In this document: positions 38,467-47,416 of the stretch, in pieces | Layout of the letters: each line of letters starts with the position of its first letter | How positions within the stretch are numbered: position 1 is the first letter of the stretch | NCBI GenBank assembly: GCA_041601615.1 | Contig: JBFIHX010000003.1 | Span: forward strand, 160,001-224,000 | Source: Thermoplasmatota archaeon | Lineage (GTDB): Archaea > Thermoplasmatota > E2 > JACPAO01 > JAHFTW01 | Direction of reading: 5' to 3' | DNA length: 64,000 nucleotides | The notes under the pieces: generated by a model | The model's database searches: none | What the model was told of the DNA's origin: nothing | What the model saw: only the letters and a program-made list of their open reading frames with translations | Made by a program: the position numbers and the translations under genes

Positions 38467-38916
38467 TTATGCTTCAGCAGCGGCCTTGATGTCCGCAAGA
38501 TCCTGCTTGAGCGCCTTGCGCATGTAGCCCTTGGCCATCCAGCCCGTGAGGGCCCAAACAAGTTTTGAGCCCATGGTCTGAGGCTCGCCGTTGAACGTCA
38601 TAGACAATCGAGTACCGCCCTCGATGGCCTCCAGCGCCATGCGCGTCGTGTACACAGCACCGTGGCTCTCGGCGCGGGTGTCGTAATGGGACGGTTCCTT
38701 GGCATCCACGATCCACATGACCTCCGTTGCCGCCTTGCCAAACAGGGTGCGCGTCTCGCGCCACTTCAATCCCACGATGGACGGCCCCGTGGCAGGTTCC
38801 AGGATCTCGATCTTGTCGATGCCGCGGATGGTGGATTCCGCGTGCTCGATGTCGGTGATGGTTTTCCACACGGCGGCTGGCGAGGCCATGATGTTCACGG
38901 ATTCGCTCACTTGCAT
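38467..38916 (-). CDS. SRPBCC family protein
   Basis: ASPAAVW..ITD, G.KWRETR.LFGK and DL.DIK.AAE motifs. Confidence 0.85.
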   Translation of the reverse strand: MQVSESVNIMASPAAVWKTITDIEHAESTIRGIDKIEILEPATGPSIVGLKWRETRTLFGKAATEVMWIVDAKEPSHYDTRAESHGAVYTTRMALEAIEGGTRLSMTFNGEPQTMGSKLVWALTGWMAKGYMRKALKQDLADIKAAAEA

Positions 38917-39052
38917 ACGGCGACGACCGAGCGGGGGCTTGAAAGGGCTGTCTTTGGCCAGGCGTATGTGGGGCAAGGCACGTCACTTGGCGATTTTGTA
39001 GAGATCCTGCACTGCTGCCGCTACGTTTTTTCCCCGTGCCGGATTCGACTTT

Positions 39053-39838
39053 GTGATGCTTCGCCTTTCGGTGTTTGTTGCACTTCTCGCCCTTGTCAAC
39101 GTCGCCAGTCCTTTGGTCGCGGCCCAGAACAGCCCCGGCGACGAGTGCATCATCCAAGTTACCCTGCATGACAACCTCACCACCGCCAGTCTAGCGTTCG
39201 ACTTGCTCTTCGACGACGCCGCCTGGAAAAACCTCACCGACGCCATCGATGAAGACCAGGATGGAGTCATCACCGCCAGCGAAATCGAGCAGTATGAGCA
39301 TCGCGTCGCGAAGGACGTAGCGGGCGAGGAGGTGCCGCCGTCTCGCCGCCTCAATATGTTGGTTGATTTTGACTCGGGAGCCTATTCTGGCACCGCCACC
39401 GCTACGCCGACTGCCGCCACCAACGCCACCGAGCTGCTGAACTTTGAAGGACCGGTGGAGGAACGCGCCGGAAAAATTGTGCGCGAAACCTGGACCTACC
39501 GATTCAACGATCCGCTCACCGACTACGACAACGGCCGCCTGAAGACCCGCGCCTACGCCATCCTACTCGCGTGGGGGCCGGACGCCGAGGAAACGCCGGA
39601 GGAATCGGTGTCCGTCATCGAAACCGTGCAAGTCACCGCACCCAAAGGCTGGTGGATTCGCGTGGACGACGAGCGGCACAAAACCTACACGTTCCAGTCA
39701 GGAGATGGTTACAGCATTACGTTCGTGCCCGACACAGCGCCACGAGAGCCTCTCCTCCCGGCGCCCGGACTCGGTTGGGTCGCGGCGTTGGGGGTCTTGG
39801 TGGCGATTGGGACGGTGAGGCGGGGGCGGAGGGCGTAA
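39053..39838 (+). CDS. Surface protein with an EF-hand loop and a PG-type sorting tail
   Basis: Signal peptide; DEDQDGVITASE canonical EF-hand loop; C-terminus PAPGLG-hydrophobic-RRGRR. Confidence 0.72.
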   Translation: MMLRLSVFVALLALVNVASPLVAAQNSPGDECIIQVTLHDNLTTASLAFDLLFDDAAWKNLTDAIDEDQDGVITASEIEQYEHRVAKDVAGEEVPPSRRLNMLVDFDSGAYSGTATATPTAATNATELLNFEGPVEERAGKIVRETWTYRFNDPLTDYDNGRLKTRAYAILLAWGPDAEETPEESVSVIETVQVTAPKGWWIRVDDERHKTYTFQSGDGYSITFVPDTAPREPLLPAPGLGWVAALGVLVAIGTVRRGRRA

Positions 39839-39871
39839 CCGGCTTCTCGGGCCCCTAGGGCGTGGGCACGC

Positions 39872-41023
39872 CTAGGTCACAATATCCGCAAGCATCCCCT
39901 GTTTGGCCGCCATCTTGACCTCGCGGGCAACCCGCCTTCCCGTAGACATCTGGGTCCTCCACAACGCATTCCCGTACGGGTGGCCCATGCCCACATGCAC
40001 GTTCGTCCCGCCGCCGATCCTCGGCGCAACGTCGTAGATGTGGAAGTTCATGTCCTTGTCCACGCAGGTCTGAAGACAAAATGGCCCAATAATCCCCGGG
40101 GCGTAGTGCTCGGCGGCGGCCTTGACCCATTGTTCTCCGAGTGCGTAGACCTTTCCGAGCAGGCTCTCGCGGACGGTGGCGGTGTTGTGGCCAACGACGG
40201 TCATTTCGGGGATCATTTGGTGATCCGGGAGGGTCATTTGCTGCGGTGCGGGGATGCGCACGTGGCCGTCGAGGCTGCTTTCGAAGCGCCAGTCGACGCC
40301 CAAGAGTTCGAGGGGTTCTTCGCCCATCGCCTTCGAGACGGGGCTGTAGAAGAAGTTGAAGTTGAAGACGGGGCCGATGATGTATTCCTCGATGCGGGCG
40401 GTTTCGAGGCTCGGCTCGTCGATGACGCCGGCTTTCAGGAGCTTGCCGCTTTTTTCGTGGAATTCTTCGACGCTTGCGCAGGTGAAGAAGCCCCGTTCGA
40501 GGGGTTTCTGGCTGTGGTGGAGCTTCACGATGGCGAGGCCGTCGATGTCGTTGTAGTGGTTGATTTTGCGCGGGAACGGCATGCCGGCTTTTTCGAGGAG
40601 CCAGTAGTAGTCTTGCTGTTCCTCGCGTTCTTCGCTGCGCAGGAGGTTGCGGCTGCCGATCATGGGCACGGCGAAGTCGTCTTCGCAGGCGTCAATGTCG
40701 CAGTAGCTGGTCCAGGCGCGGTTGGGGACCCAGACGGCGTTCTCTTTCTTGAGGCGCGCTTGTTGGTCTGGGGCCATGATGCCGTTGTACTTGGGGTACG
40801 TCCAGACGTCGTCGACGCAGCCACGAGTTCCGTCGGCGGTGCGCTTGAAGAAGCGGCTGTAGACTTCGTGGCGGCCGTCTTGGGCGATGGCGATGTTGCG
40901 CATGCCTTCGTCGGTGGCGCCGTCGTAGACGTCGAGGCCGCTGTGGCTGGCGACGCACGCGAGCTTGAGTTTGCTTGCGTCGTATTCCTGGATTGCGTCC
41001 TGCATGGCACGGCGGTCGATCAT
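39872..41023 (-). CDS. purP: PurP-family formate-dependent AICAR formyltransferase (ATP-grasp)
   Basis: ASHSGLD...GA.DEG, PNR, ERGFF, EEY..G..FNFNFF, GIIGPFCLQ and DVAPRIGGGTN motifs. Confidence 0.92.
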   Translation of the reverse strand: MIDRRAMQDAIQEYDASKLKLACVASHSGLDVYDGATDEGMRNIAIAQDGRHEVYSRFFKRTADGTRGCVDDVWTYPKYNGIMAPDQQARLKKENAVWVPNRAWTSYCDIDACEDDFAVPMIGSRNLLRSEEREEQQDYYWLLEKAGMPFPRKINHYNDIDGLAIVKLHHSQKPLERGFFTCASVEEFHEKSGKLLKAGVIDEPSLETARIEEYIIGPVFNFNFFYSPVSKAMGEEPLELLGVDWRFESSLDGHVRIPAPQQMTLPDHQMIPEMTVVGHNTATVRESLLGKVYALGEQWVKAAAEHYAPGIIGPFCLQTCVDKDMNFHIYDVAPRIGGGTNVHVGMGHPYGNALWRTQMSTGRRVAREVKMAAKQGMLADIVT

Positions 41024-41097
41024 GGACGGGGCCGGCCACAGGGGGTGCGCTCAAAGGGGTACCGGCGGGTTCGATTGGTCAGCGTAGCCGAGTGTCG

Positions 41098-42177
41098 TCA
41101 TCCGTTCATGGCGAGGCTTCCGAAGTCGAGGTAGAATACGGCGTCCACTTGCGCGGGGTGGTCTTCGTAGCCTCGGGTTCGCTTGTGGATGCCGCTGTTG
41201 GATTCGTTTACGTCCTCGGAGTTTTTCAGGTGGACTTGGAGGGAGCTGTAGTCGCCGTCGGCCAGCACGTCGTAGGCGGCGTCGCCGTGGGCTTGGATGT
41301 TGATGCTGGTGTAGTCGGCGGCGATGGACCAGGTGCCGCCGGCGGGGGCGGTGCGTAGGGCGAGTTCGCCAAAGTCCATGGCGACATCGAGGTCTTCGAG
41401 GCCGATGGCGTCTGCAAAGAGAATGGCGCTGTAGTCGCCGGAGATTTCCAGTTCGGACCAGGCGAGGGGGCCGGAGGCGAAGGCGCTCATGTCGGCATTG
41501 AGGGCGAGTGTGTAGAGCAAATGGTTGGGCACTTCGATGCGCAAGTCGTAGCTGAGGTCTTCGCTGGGTTCGAGGCCGCTGCCGACGGGGAGTCCGTTGG
41601 CGGGTGCATGGCGAACATAGGTGCCCAGAGACAGGGTTTCGTCGGCGAGGGTGTCGTCGTGGATGACGGTGACACGGTCCATGCCGTTGCGGGCTTGTGC
41701 TTCGGTGCTTGCTTCCACATCGAGGTCGAAGGTGTAGGTGTAGCTGCCTACGTTGGCGCCGACGACGGTGACGTTGGCGAAGTCTACGGTGAGAAGGATC
41801 TCCGCGAGGAGGGCGTCGCCTACGCCGTTTTTGAGGACGATGCGTTTTTCGGCCACATAGCCGCCATCGTCGCCGGGGCGGGCCGTGGTTTCGCCTTCGG
41901 TGCGTTGTACGTCGCCGTGGGGGTCGCGGGGGCCGGTTTGGCGGCCCGATTTGGAGTCGGTTTCCGTGTCTGGCGATGTGGGTTCGGAGGGCGGTGTGCT
42001 GCCGGATTGGCCGGCATCAGGGGCGCTGTGGGTTTGTTCGTCTTCGTTGCTGCCGGGGTCGGTGTTTGTGCCTTCATCGGCGGTGCCGTTGTCCACGAAG
42101 GAAGGCGAGGTGCAGCCAGCCAGCAGGAGAGTGCAGGCCAGTAGGAGCGCGAGGGTGGTGGGGGTTTGGGGGTGCAT
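41098..42177 (-). CDS. Lipoprotein with a degenerate DUF4097-like beta-repeat domain
   Basis: Lipobox LLAGC; low-complexity linker; C-terminal region aligns with the neighbouring gene (GTWSI, YD..AD, H.RT.GY). Confidence 0.72.
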   Translation of the reverse strand: MHPQTPTTLALLLACTLLLAGCTSPSFVDNGTADEGTNTDPGSNEDEQTHSAPDAGQSGSTPPSEPTSPDTETDSKSGRQTGPRDPHGDVQRTEGETTARPGDDGGYVAEKRIVLKNGVGDALLAEILLTVDFANVTVVGANVGSYTYTFDLDVEASTEAQARNGMDRVTVIHDDTLADETLSLGTYVRHAPANGLPVGSGLEPSEDLSYDLRIEVPNHLLYTLALNADMSAFASGPLAWSELEISGDYSAILFADAIGLEDLDVAMDFGELALRTAPAGGTWSIAADYTSINIQAHGDAAYDVLADGDYSSLQVHLKNSEDVNESNSGIHKRTRGYEDHPAQVDAVFYLDFGSLAMNG

Positions 42178-43622
42178 CAGTTCGACCCCGCGTAGATGTC
42201 GGCGGTGCTTGTTTCGAGGGTGATTTTGGTTTTGATGGTGCGGCTGTCGTAGCCATTGGTGCGTACATGTTTGTGGTCCTCGTCTTGCTCGCCGACGGGG
42301 CTGGTGTCGTCGAAGTCGAAGGTGATGTCGCCCGTGCTGGTGTCGGCGGCGGCATCGTAGCCGCGTTGTGCGTCGGAGGGGGCGTTGATCTGGATGTCGC
42401 CGGTGCTGGTGTCGATGTTCCAGGTGCCGCTTGCGGTTGCGCGAAGGGTTGCTTCAATGTCGCCGGTGCTGCTGTCGATTTCCAGGTCGTTGGTGGTGCC
42501 TTGGAGTGTTACGTCGCCGGTGCTGGTGTCGATGCTGAGGTCGGAGACGGTGAAGCCGCTGAGGTCGATGTCTCCGGTGCTTGTGTCGATGCTCCAGGTG
42601 GTGCCGGTGAAGGTTCCGACGTTGATGTCTCCGGTGCTGGTGTCCACGGAGAGGGTGGCGAGGTTGCTTGGCGAGAGTGTGAGCGTCATGTGGGCCCACT
42701 GGTTGCTCCATTGTTGGTTGGGAGTTTGCACGGAGGCTGTGAGGTCGAAGGCGCCGTTGTTGGTGCCGGCGTCGTACCGGGTCGTCATGGCGGAGAGGTT
42801 GTTGCGGGCTTCTTGTTCGGTGTCGCCGCGGGCTCCGAGGTTGATGATGAGTTTGCTGCCGGTGCCTTCGTTGCTGATGGACACGTCGCCCACGGGGACG
42901 GCAAGGTCGATGTTGGCGGTGTCTACGGAGACGGACTCTTGGTAGGTGTCGGTGCGGCGGGCGACCCAGCGGCCGTTTTCTTGGGATACCGTGACCGAGC
43001 CCTTGTTGGATTGGCCCTCGCTGCCTGCTTGCGTGGAGGAGCCGTTTGGTGCGGGGGAGTCTGCGTCCTTGAAGTCGAGGGTGACGGTGCTGCTGCCGTC
43101 GGTCATGAAGGTGTAGCCGTATGCGACGGAGGCGGATTGCGGACAGACACAGACTTCCAGAACAATCTCGGAACCGGCGGGCCAGTTGGGCGTGTCGAGG
43201 TTCATGCGGGGGTTGTTGTCCGAGGCGCTGGCGACTTCTTTGCCGTCAATGAATAGCTTCGATGCAAACTGGGGCGCTTGGCCTATGATGGGCTCCAAGT
43301 GGACTTGCAACGAGACGAGCAGCGGGCCGTCGAAGACGAGGTCGCGTTCGGGGGCGGGGCGCAATGTGAAGCGGATGTTTTGGGGGGGATTGGCGGCCGT
43401 GCCGCTGCCGGTGAGGGCGGTGTCGGTGGCGTCTTCGTCGGCGTCCATCCACTGCCCAGCGCCGTCAGAGTGTAGGTATAGTGTTGCGTTGCCTGCTCGA
43501 AGTCCGGTGGTTGGTTCCGTGGCCTGATCGGAGACCTCCTCCGTGGGTGTTTCGGGAATGTCGTCAAAGCAGCCAGCAAGCACGGTGGCAAGCAGGAGGG
43601 AGGTCAAAAGCCAGGGGCGCAT
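42177..43622 (-). CDS. Lipoprotein with DUF4097 (adhesin-like) beta-strand repeats
   Basis: Lipobox VLAGC; about six copies of D(T/S)STGD(I/V). Confidence 0.82.
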   Translation of the reverse strand: MRPWLLTSLLLATVLAGCFDDIPETPTEEVSDQATEPTTGLRAGNATLYLHSDGAGQWMDADEDATDTALTGSGTAANPPQNIRFTLRPAPERDLVFDGPLLVSLQVHLEPIIGQAPQFASKLFIDGKEVASASDNNPRMNLDTPNWPAGSEIVLEVCVCPQSASVAYGYTFMTDGSSTVTLDFKDADSPAPNGSSTQAGSEGQSNKGSVTVSQENGRWVARRTDTYQESVSVDTANIDLAVPVGDVSISNEGTGSKLIINLGARGDTEQEARNNLSAMTTRYDAGTNNGAFDLTASVQTPNQQWSNQWAHMTLTLSPSNLATLSVDTSTGDINVGTFTGTTWSIDTSTGDIDLSGFTVSDLSIDTSTGDVTLQGTTNDLEIDSSTGDIEATLRATASGTWNIDTSTGDIQINAPSDAQRGYDAAADTSTGDITFDFDDTSPVGEQDEDHKHVRTNGYDSRTIKTKITLETSTADIYAGSN

Positions 43623-43757
43623 GAATGGAGCGATGCTTCTTGCATAAAAAGGAGTCTGGGCGGACATTCGAATTCATAATTTTTTGCGCCGCTGCCGGAC
43701 TGGATGTTCGCACGTCTCGTCCACAAACCCTTAACCCTTGGAAAACGCGGTGCCATT

Positions 43758-44798
43758 GTGGCCCAAGCGATCCGGTGCCCCCGGTGTTCGACGCGTTTCT
43801 CGTCCGTCTCTAGTCGACCGTCGTGCCCGCAGTGCGGCCTCGTTGCGCGGGTTGCTGCGAAAGCTGCTGCGCCGGGTCCAGCGAAATCGAACGCTCCCCG
43901 CGCTTCGGCGCGCCAGTCTGCTCGCGCCAAGCCCTTGAGTCGTCCCCCTTCGCGCCGTGCGCGCCGAGATCGCGTGATTGCCGCCATTGCTGTTGCTGCG
44001 TTGCTGTTGATGTCGGGCATTGTCACGACGGCGTTGTTGGGCAACAACAATGCCAAGGCGAAGGCACCGGCTCCTGGTTCCCTGGACGCTGCGCCGCCGC
44101 TCGTTGGCAACATCGGAGGCGTCATCCAAAACACCACGCCGCCGCCTGCCAACGTCAGTGCGGTGACGGACAACGCCACGGTCGGCGGTAGCGGACCGGA
44201 AGGAGCCGAGCCGGCCCCGCTTCGTTTTGAGGGCAAAGGCGACGACGTGACCTCCGCCTTCACCACGGACCAGGGGCTTCTGAAAGTCTCGATATTGTTT
44301 CTTGGCGATGGCTACTTTCGCGCTTCCTTCATCAACCTCGACAACGAAAACGCCTCCCGCCGTGCCTTGTCGGCTCCAAGCGAAGGCGACTACGAGGGCA
44401 GCCGCTACATCGGCTTAGCGCCCGGCCGCTACACCGTGGACGTGCGCTCGGGGGACGACTCCAGTGCTTGGATTGTGACCGTGGAGCAACCTCGTGCCGT
44501 GGATGCTGCCAAGACTCCCGCAAACCGGGCCGGCGACGGAGATTTGGCGGGCCTTGTGTTCCAGGCAAAGGAGGGGGCGGTGACGTTCCAGACCACGCAC
44601 ACGGCGGAGCTTGGCGAATTCGTGGTGCGTCTGTTTGATGCGCAGGGCAACCTTGTGCGACGAGGAGGCAGCGAGGCGATTGTCAGCGATTACGGCGACC
44701 ACAGCGGCACCGTGACCGTCAACGTGCCCGCAGATGGTGTGTATTTCGTGGACGTGCAGGCGGCGGGGTCGTGGAGCGTACGCGTTTCGCAGTCTTGA
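43758..44798 (+). CDS. Zinc-ribbon + TM + duplicated extracellular beta-sandwich protein
   Basis: CPRC..CPQC, basic linker, TM, then two repeats beginning (F/A)xG.GD and ending W.V.V.Q; CCCTTAA ~24 bp upstream. Confidence 0.75.
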   Translation: MAQAIRCPRCSTRFSSVSSRPSCPQCGLVARVAAKAAAPGPAKSNAPRASARQSARAKPLSRPPSRRARRDRVIAAIAVAALLLMSGIVTTALLGNNNAKAKAPAPGSLDAAPPLVGNIGGVIQNTTPPPANVSAVTDNATVGGSGPEGAEPAPLRFEGKGDDVTSAFTTDQGLLKVSILFLGDGYFRASFINLDNENASRRALSAPSEGDYEGSRYIGLAPGRYTVDVRSGDDSSAWIVTVEQPRAVDAAKTPANRAGDGDLAGLVFQAKEGAVTFQTTHTAELGEFVVRLFDAQGNLVRRGGSEAIVSDYGDHSGTVTVNVPADGVYFVDVQAAGSWSVRVSQS

Positions 44799-44851
44799 GT
44801 GGTGGATTCAGACCCGAGGCGACTGGGCGTGCTTGGGGGTGCCTGGGCGGC

Positions 44852-47305
44852 TTAGGTGGCTGCGGGCGCAAACGTCCCAAGCGCCAATCGCCCCGTCTCG
44901 GTGGTGTGTAGCGCCAGGAATCGTCCTTGGCGAACTCCATCGATGAGCCCGGCTTCTGTGAGTTTGCGCAAGTGGTAGTTGATGGTGGAGGGCGCCATGC
45001 CGAGTTGCGCCGCGAGGTCCTTGGCTACGGCTCCGGGTACGGCGGTGACGGCCTGCAGCACCATGCGCGCCCCGTCGGATTTCAGAAGAGGTGCTGCGGC
45101 CATGACGCGTCGGTCAATCTGGCCCTTGGGAAAGTAGCAGGTGAATCCTTTGTCGGATCGCTCCACCAATAAGTCGCTGCCTACGAGCTTGCGCACATGG
45201 TGCTCCATGGTGCCCCTTCCTTTGCCGAGGCGTCGCACCAGTTCTTGAAAGTGGATACCGGGGTCGCTGCTGACGGCGGCCATGATGTCGTTGCGCACGG
45301 GGTGATCCAAGAGGTCTGCCTTGGCAATGCGGCTGAACAACCCAACACCGCTTCCGGCCTTCAGAGCCGCTACGACGAAACTCAGGAGGGTAACACCCGC
45401 TGCTGCCCCGGCCAGGGCGCCTATGGTCTTGGGCTCCGGCCATTGCCACACTCCCTTGGTGGCGGCGTGGCGGTTCCACGGGTCGTTGGCGTACGGCGTC
45501 CATGTTTCGTCTTGAAATTGGGGTGCCGGGTCGCTCGCGTCGCCATGCACCGCAAACAGCGGGCGGCCGTCGGCTCCCACGAGCAGTGTTTCGGCGGAGG
45601 CTCCATTGCCGTCGGTGACCCAGAATGCGCCAGTGGAAAGATCGAAGCTGTAGCCCGCGGCGGCGTGCCCTGTGGCGACTTGGAACCGGTGGAGTTGGCT
45701 CGTAGCACTTGGCATCGTGGCAGGAAGCCGGTTGGGGCGTGGCAAATCGCCGCTGTCGGTGGCGGTTGCCTTGGTTTCAAGGGAGTGTTCGCGCCAAGTG
45801 CGGGCTTCGCCTCCGAGGATGCCGGTTTGGGTGCGGCCGTGCAGGGTACTGGTGACGACGCGAGCGCTCGTGCCGTCCGTGAGGGTGAAAGTCCACGTTT
45901 CCCAGCGTTCCGGCTCCGTGTTCGGTTGCGTCGCTGCTCTCTCGCGCACCGTGGCCGAGGCTTGGACGATTTGGGCGTCCGGGTGGGCTTTGTACCAGTC
46001 GGAGAGGGTGTCCGTGACGGCGGAGTCGAAGGCGCGGGATAGGGGCCAGTGCAATGGCACGCCGGTATCGTCGGGGCCCCACGCAGTTCGGTCGGCCACA
46101 GCAGGTGCGATTGCCGGGTGCGAGGGGTCGTGGTGTAGGGTGGGTCCGGAACCCGCCGCGTACTCGATGAGTTCGTGCATGACGTACAGCGTCGGTTGCT
46201 TGGCGTCGCCTGCAAGCGCTTGCACTTCGGCGGGCACGACGTCGGGCAAGCGGTCGAGGATGCGCACGGGGTACGCCACGTCGTTGGCAAACCACAGGCG
46301 CAGGCGGTCGCTGTCGGATTCGAGTGCGTATACGGTGGTGTCGCGCTCGCCCACGCGGTCGGTGCCGCTGACTTTCATGCGCAGCGGCCCGGACAAGAGT
46401 TCGCTGGCGCCAAAGTCGAGCGCAATGGGTGGCGGGCAGGCGCCGTGCACTTCGATGACGTTCCAAATCGGTACTCCGGTGCCTTGCAGGTCGTGGCGAA
46501 AGCCGCAGGGCCCGTCGATGGGCATGGCTTCCGTCCAGGTGGGGTCGGCTAGGCCTGCGAGCGCGGGGGCAAGTGCCGCAGGAGGTGTTGTTTCGCTCGG
46601 TCGGAAGGTGGCGGCGAATCCAGTGCTCTGGGCGTCGTGGTGGCTGACTTGCCACGGGGTTTCTTGGACGCGGTGCACGGGGGCGCCGAAGAAAATCCAC
46701 TCATCGTCGTATCCTTCCCATTCTTCGGCCCAGGCAAGCCAATCAGCGTCCCATTCGGCCCACGCCATGTCGTCGGCCCATTCTTCCCAGTCATCGCCCC
46801 AGGCATCCCAAGCGTCCCCATAGTTGTCCCAGCAGTCCTCCCATGCTGCTGAGCCTGAGGGGTACCCGGAGCAGTCGATGGTGGGCGTGCCGGGACCACT
46901 GGGGCCACCTGGAAGGCCGGGAATCACGGGGCCTTGGGGTGCCTGTGGGACTTGGAAATGGTTCTTGAGGTCCGCCTCGAACGGCTCCGTTTCCCATTCG
47001 GCAACAAAGCTGCGCGCCCAAGTGGGGTCGCCGTTGCGGTCGAGGACGAAGCGGTCCAGGGTGCGCTCGAAAGCATAGCGTGCCTCCATGTCGATCCACT
47101 CGCCTTTGCCGTGGATGTCCACGATGACGAGTGCCGTTTTGTAGAGCCCCGCGTCGCCGACTCGGCTCGGCTCGGTGCCTACTCGTTCGGGCGCGCCGCC
47201 GGGGCCGCCTTCTTCAAAAAATCCGTCTGCTGCAACCAAGCTACCGCTCAGAAGGGCCCAGACGACGAGGCCCAAGGTGATTTTCGACGCGGAAAGCGCG
47301 CCCAT
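44852..47305 (-). CDS. Membrane-tethered transcription factor: large ectodomain, TM, cytoplasmic double winged-HTH
   Basis: Signal peptide; ~600-aa ectodomain; TM (IGALAGAAAGVTLLSFVVAAL); LFSRI...LLDHPVRNDI...PGIHFQEL; second HTH LAAQLGMAPSTINYHLRKL..AGLI. Confidence 0.85.
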   Translation of the reverse strand: MGALSASKITLGLVVWALLSGSLVAADGFFEEGGPGGAPERVGTEPSRVGDAGLYKTALVIVDIHGKGEWIDMEARYAFERTLDRFVLDRNGDPTWARSFVAEWETEPFEADLKNHFQVPQAPQGPVIPGLPGGPSGPGTPTIDCSGYPSGSAAWEDCWDNYGDAWDAWGDDWEEWADDMAWAEWDADWLAWAEEWEGYDDEWIFFGAPVHRVQETPWQVSHHDAQSTGFAATFRPSETTPPAALAPALAGLADPTWTEAMPIDGPCGFRHDLQGTGVPIWNVIEVHGACPPPIALDFGASELLSGPLRMKVSGTDRVGERDTTVYALESDSDRLRLWFANDVAYPVRILDRLPDVVPAEVQALAGDAKQPTLYVMHELIEYAAGSGPTLHHDPSHPAIAPAVADRTAWGPDDTGVPLHWPLSRAFDSAVTDTLSDWYKAHPDAQIVQASATVRERAATQPNTEPERWETWTFTLTDGTSARVVTSTLHGRTQTGILGGEARTWREHSLETKATATDSGDLPRPNRLPATMPSATSQLHRFQVATGHAAAGYSFDLSTGAFWVTDGNGASAETLLVGADGRPLFAVHGDASDPAPQFQDETWTPYANDPWNRHAATKGVWQWPEPKTIGALAGAAAGVTLLSFVVAALKAGSGVGLFSRIAKADLLDHPVRNDIMAAVSSDPGIHFQELVRRLGKGRGTMEHHVRKLVGSDLLVERSDKGFTCYFPKGQIDRRVMAAAPLLKSDGARMVLQAVTAVPGAVAKDLAAQLGMAPSTINYHLRKLTEAGLIDGVRQGRFLALHTTETGRLALGTFAPAAT

Positions 47306-47416
47306 GATGCCTTGCAAAGCAATCGACAGGCAGGTTCAGGCTTCAAGATGCTTTTGGGACGACCACTGGATTGGGCCGCGACAACCCTTAAGCCCTCCAA
47401 GGCAGGCTCCCCGTCG

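Noticed and set aside
42310-42650. Spaced repeats TCGCCGGTGCTGGTGTC resembling a CRISPR
   Set aside because: Degenerate, irregularly spaced and explained by DTSTGD protein repeats on the minus strand.
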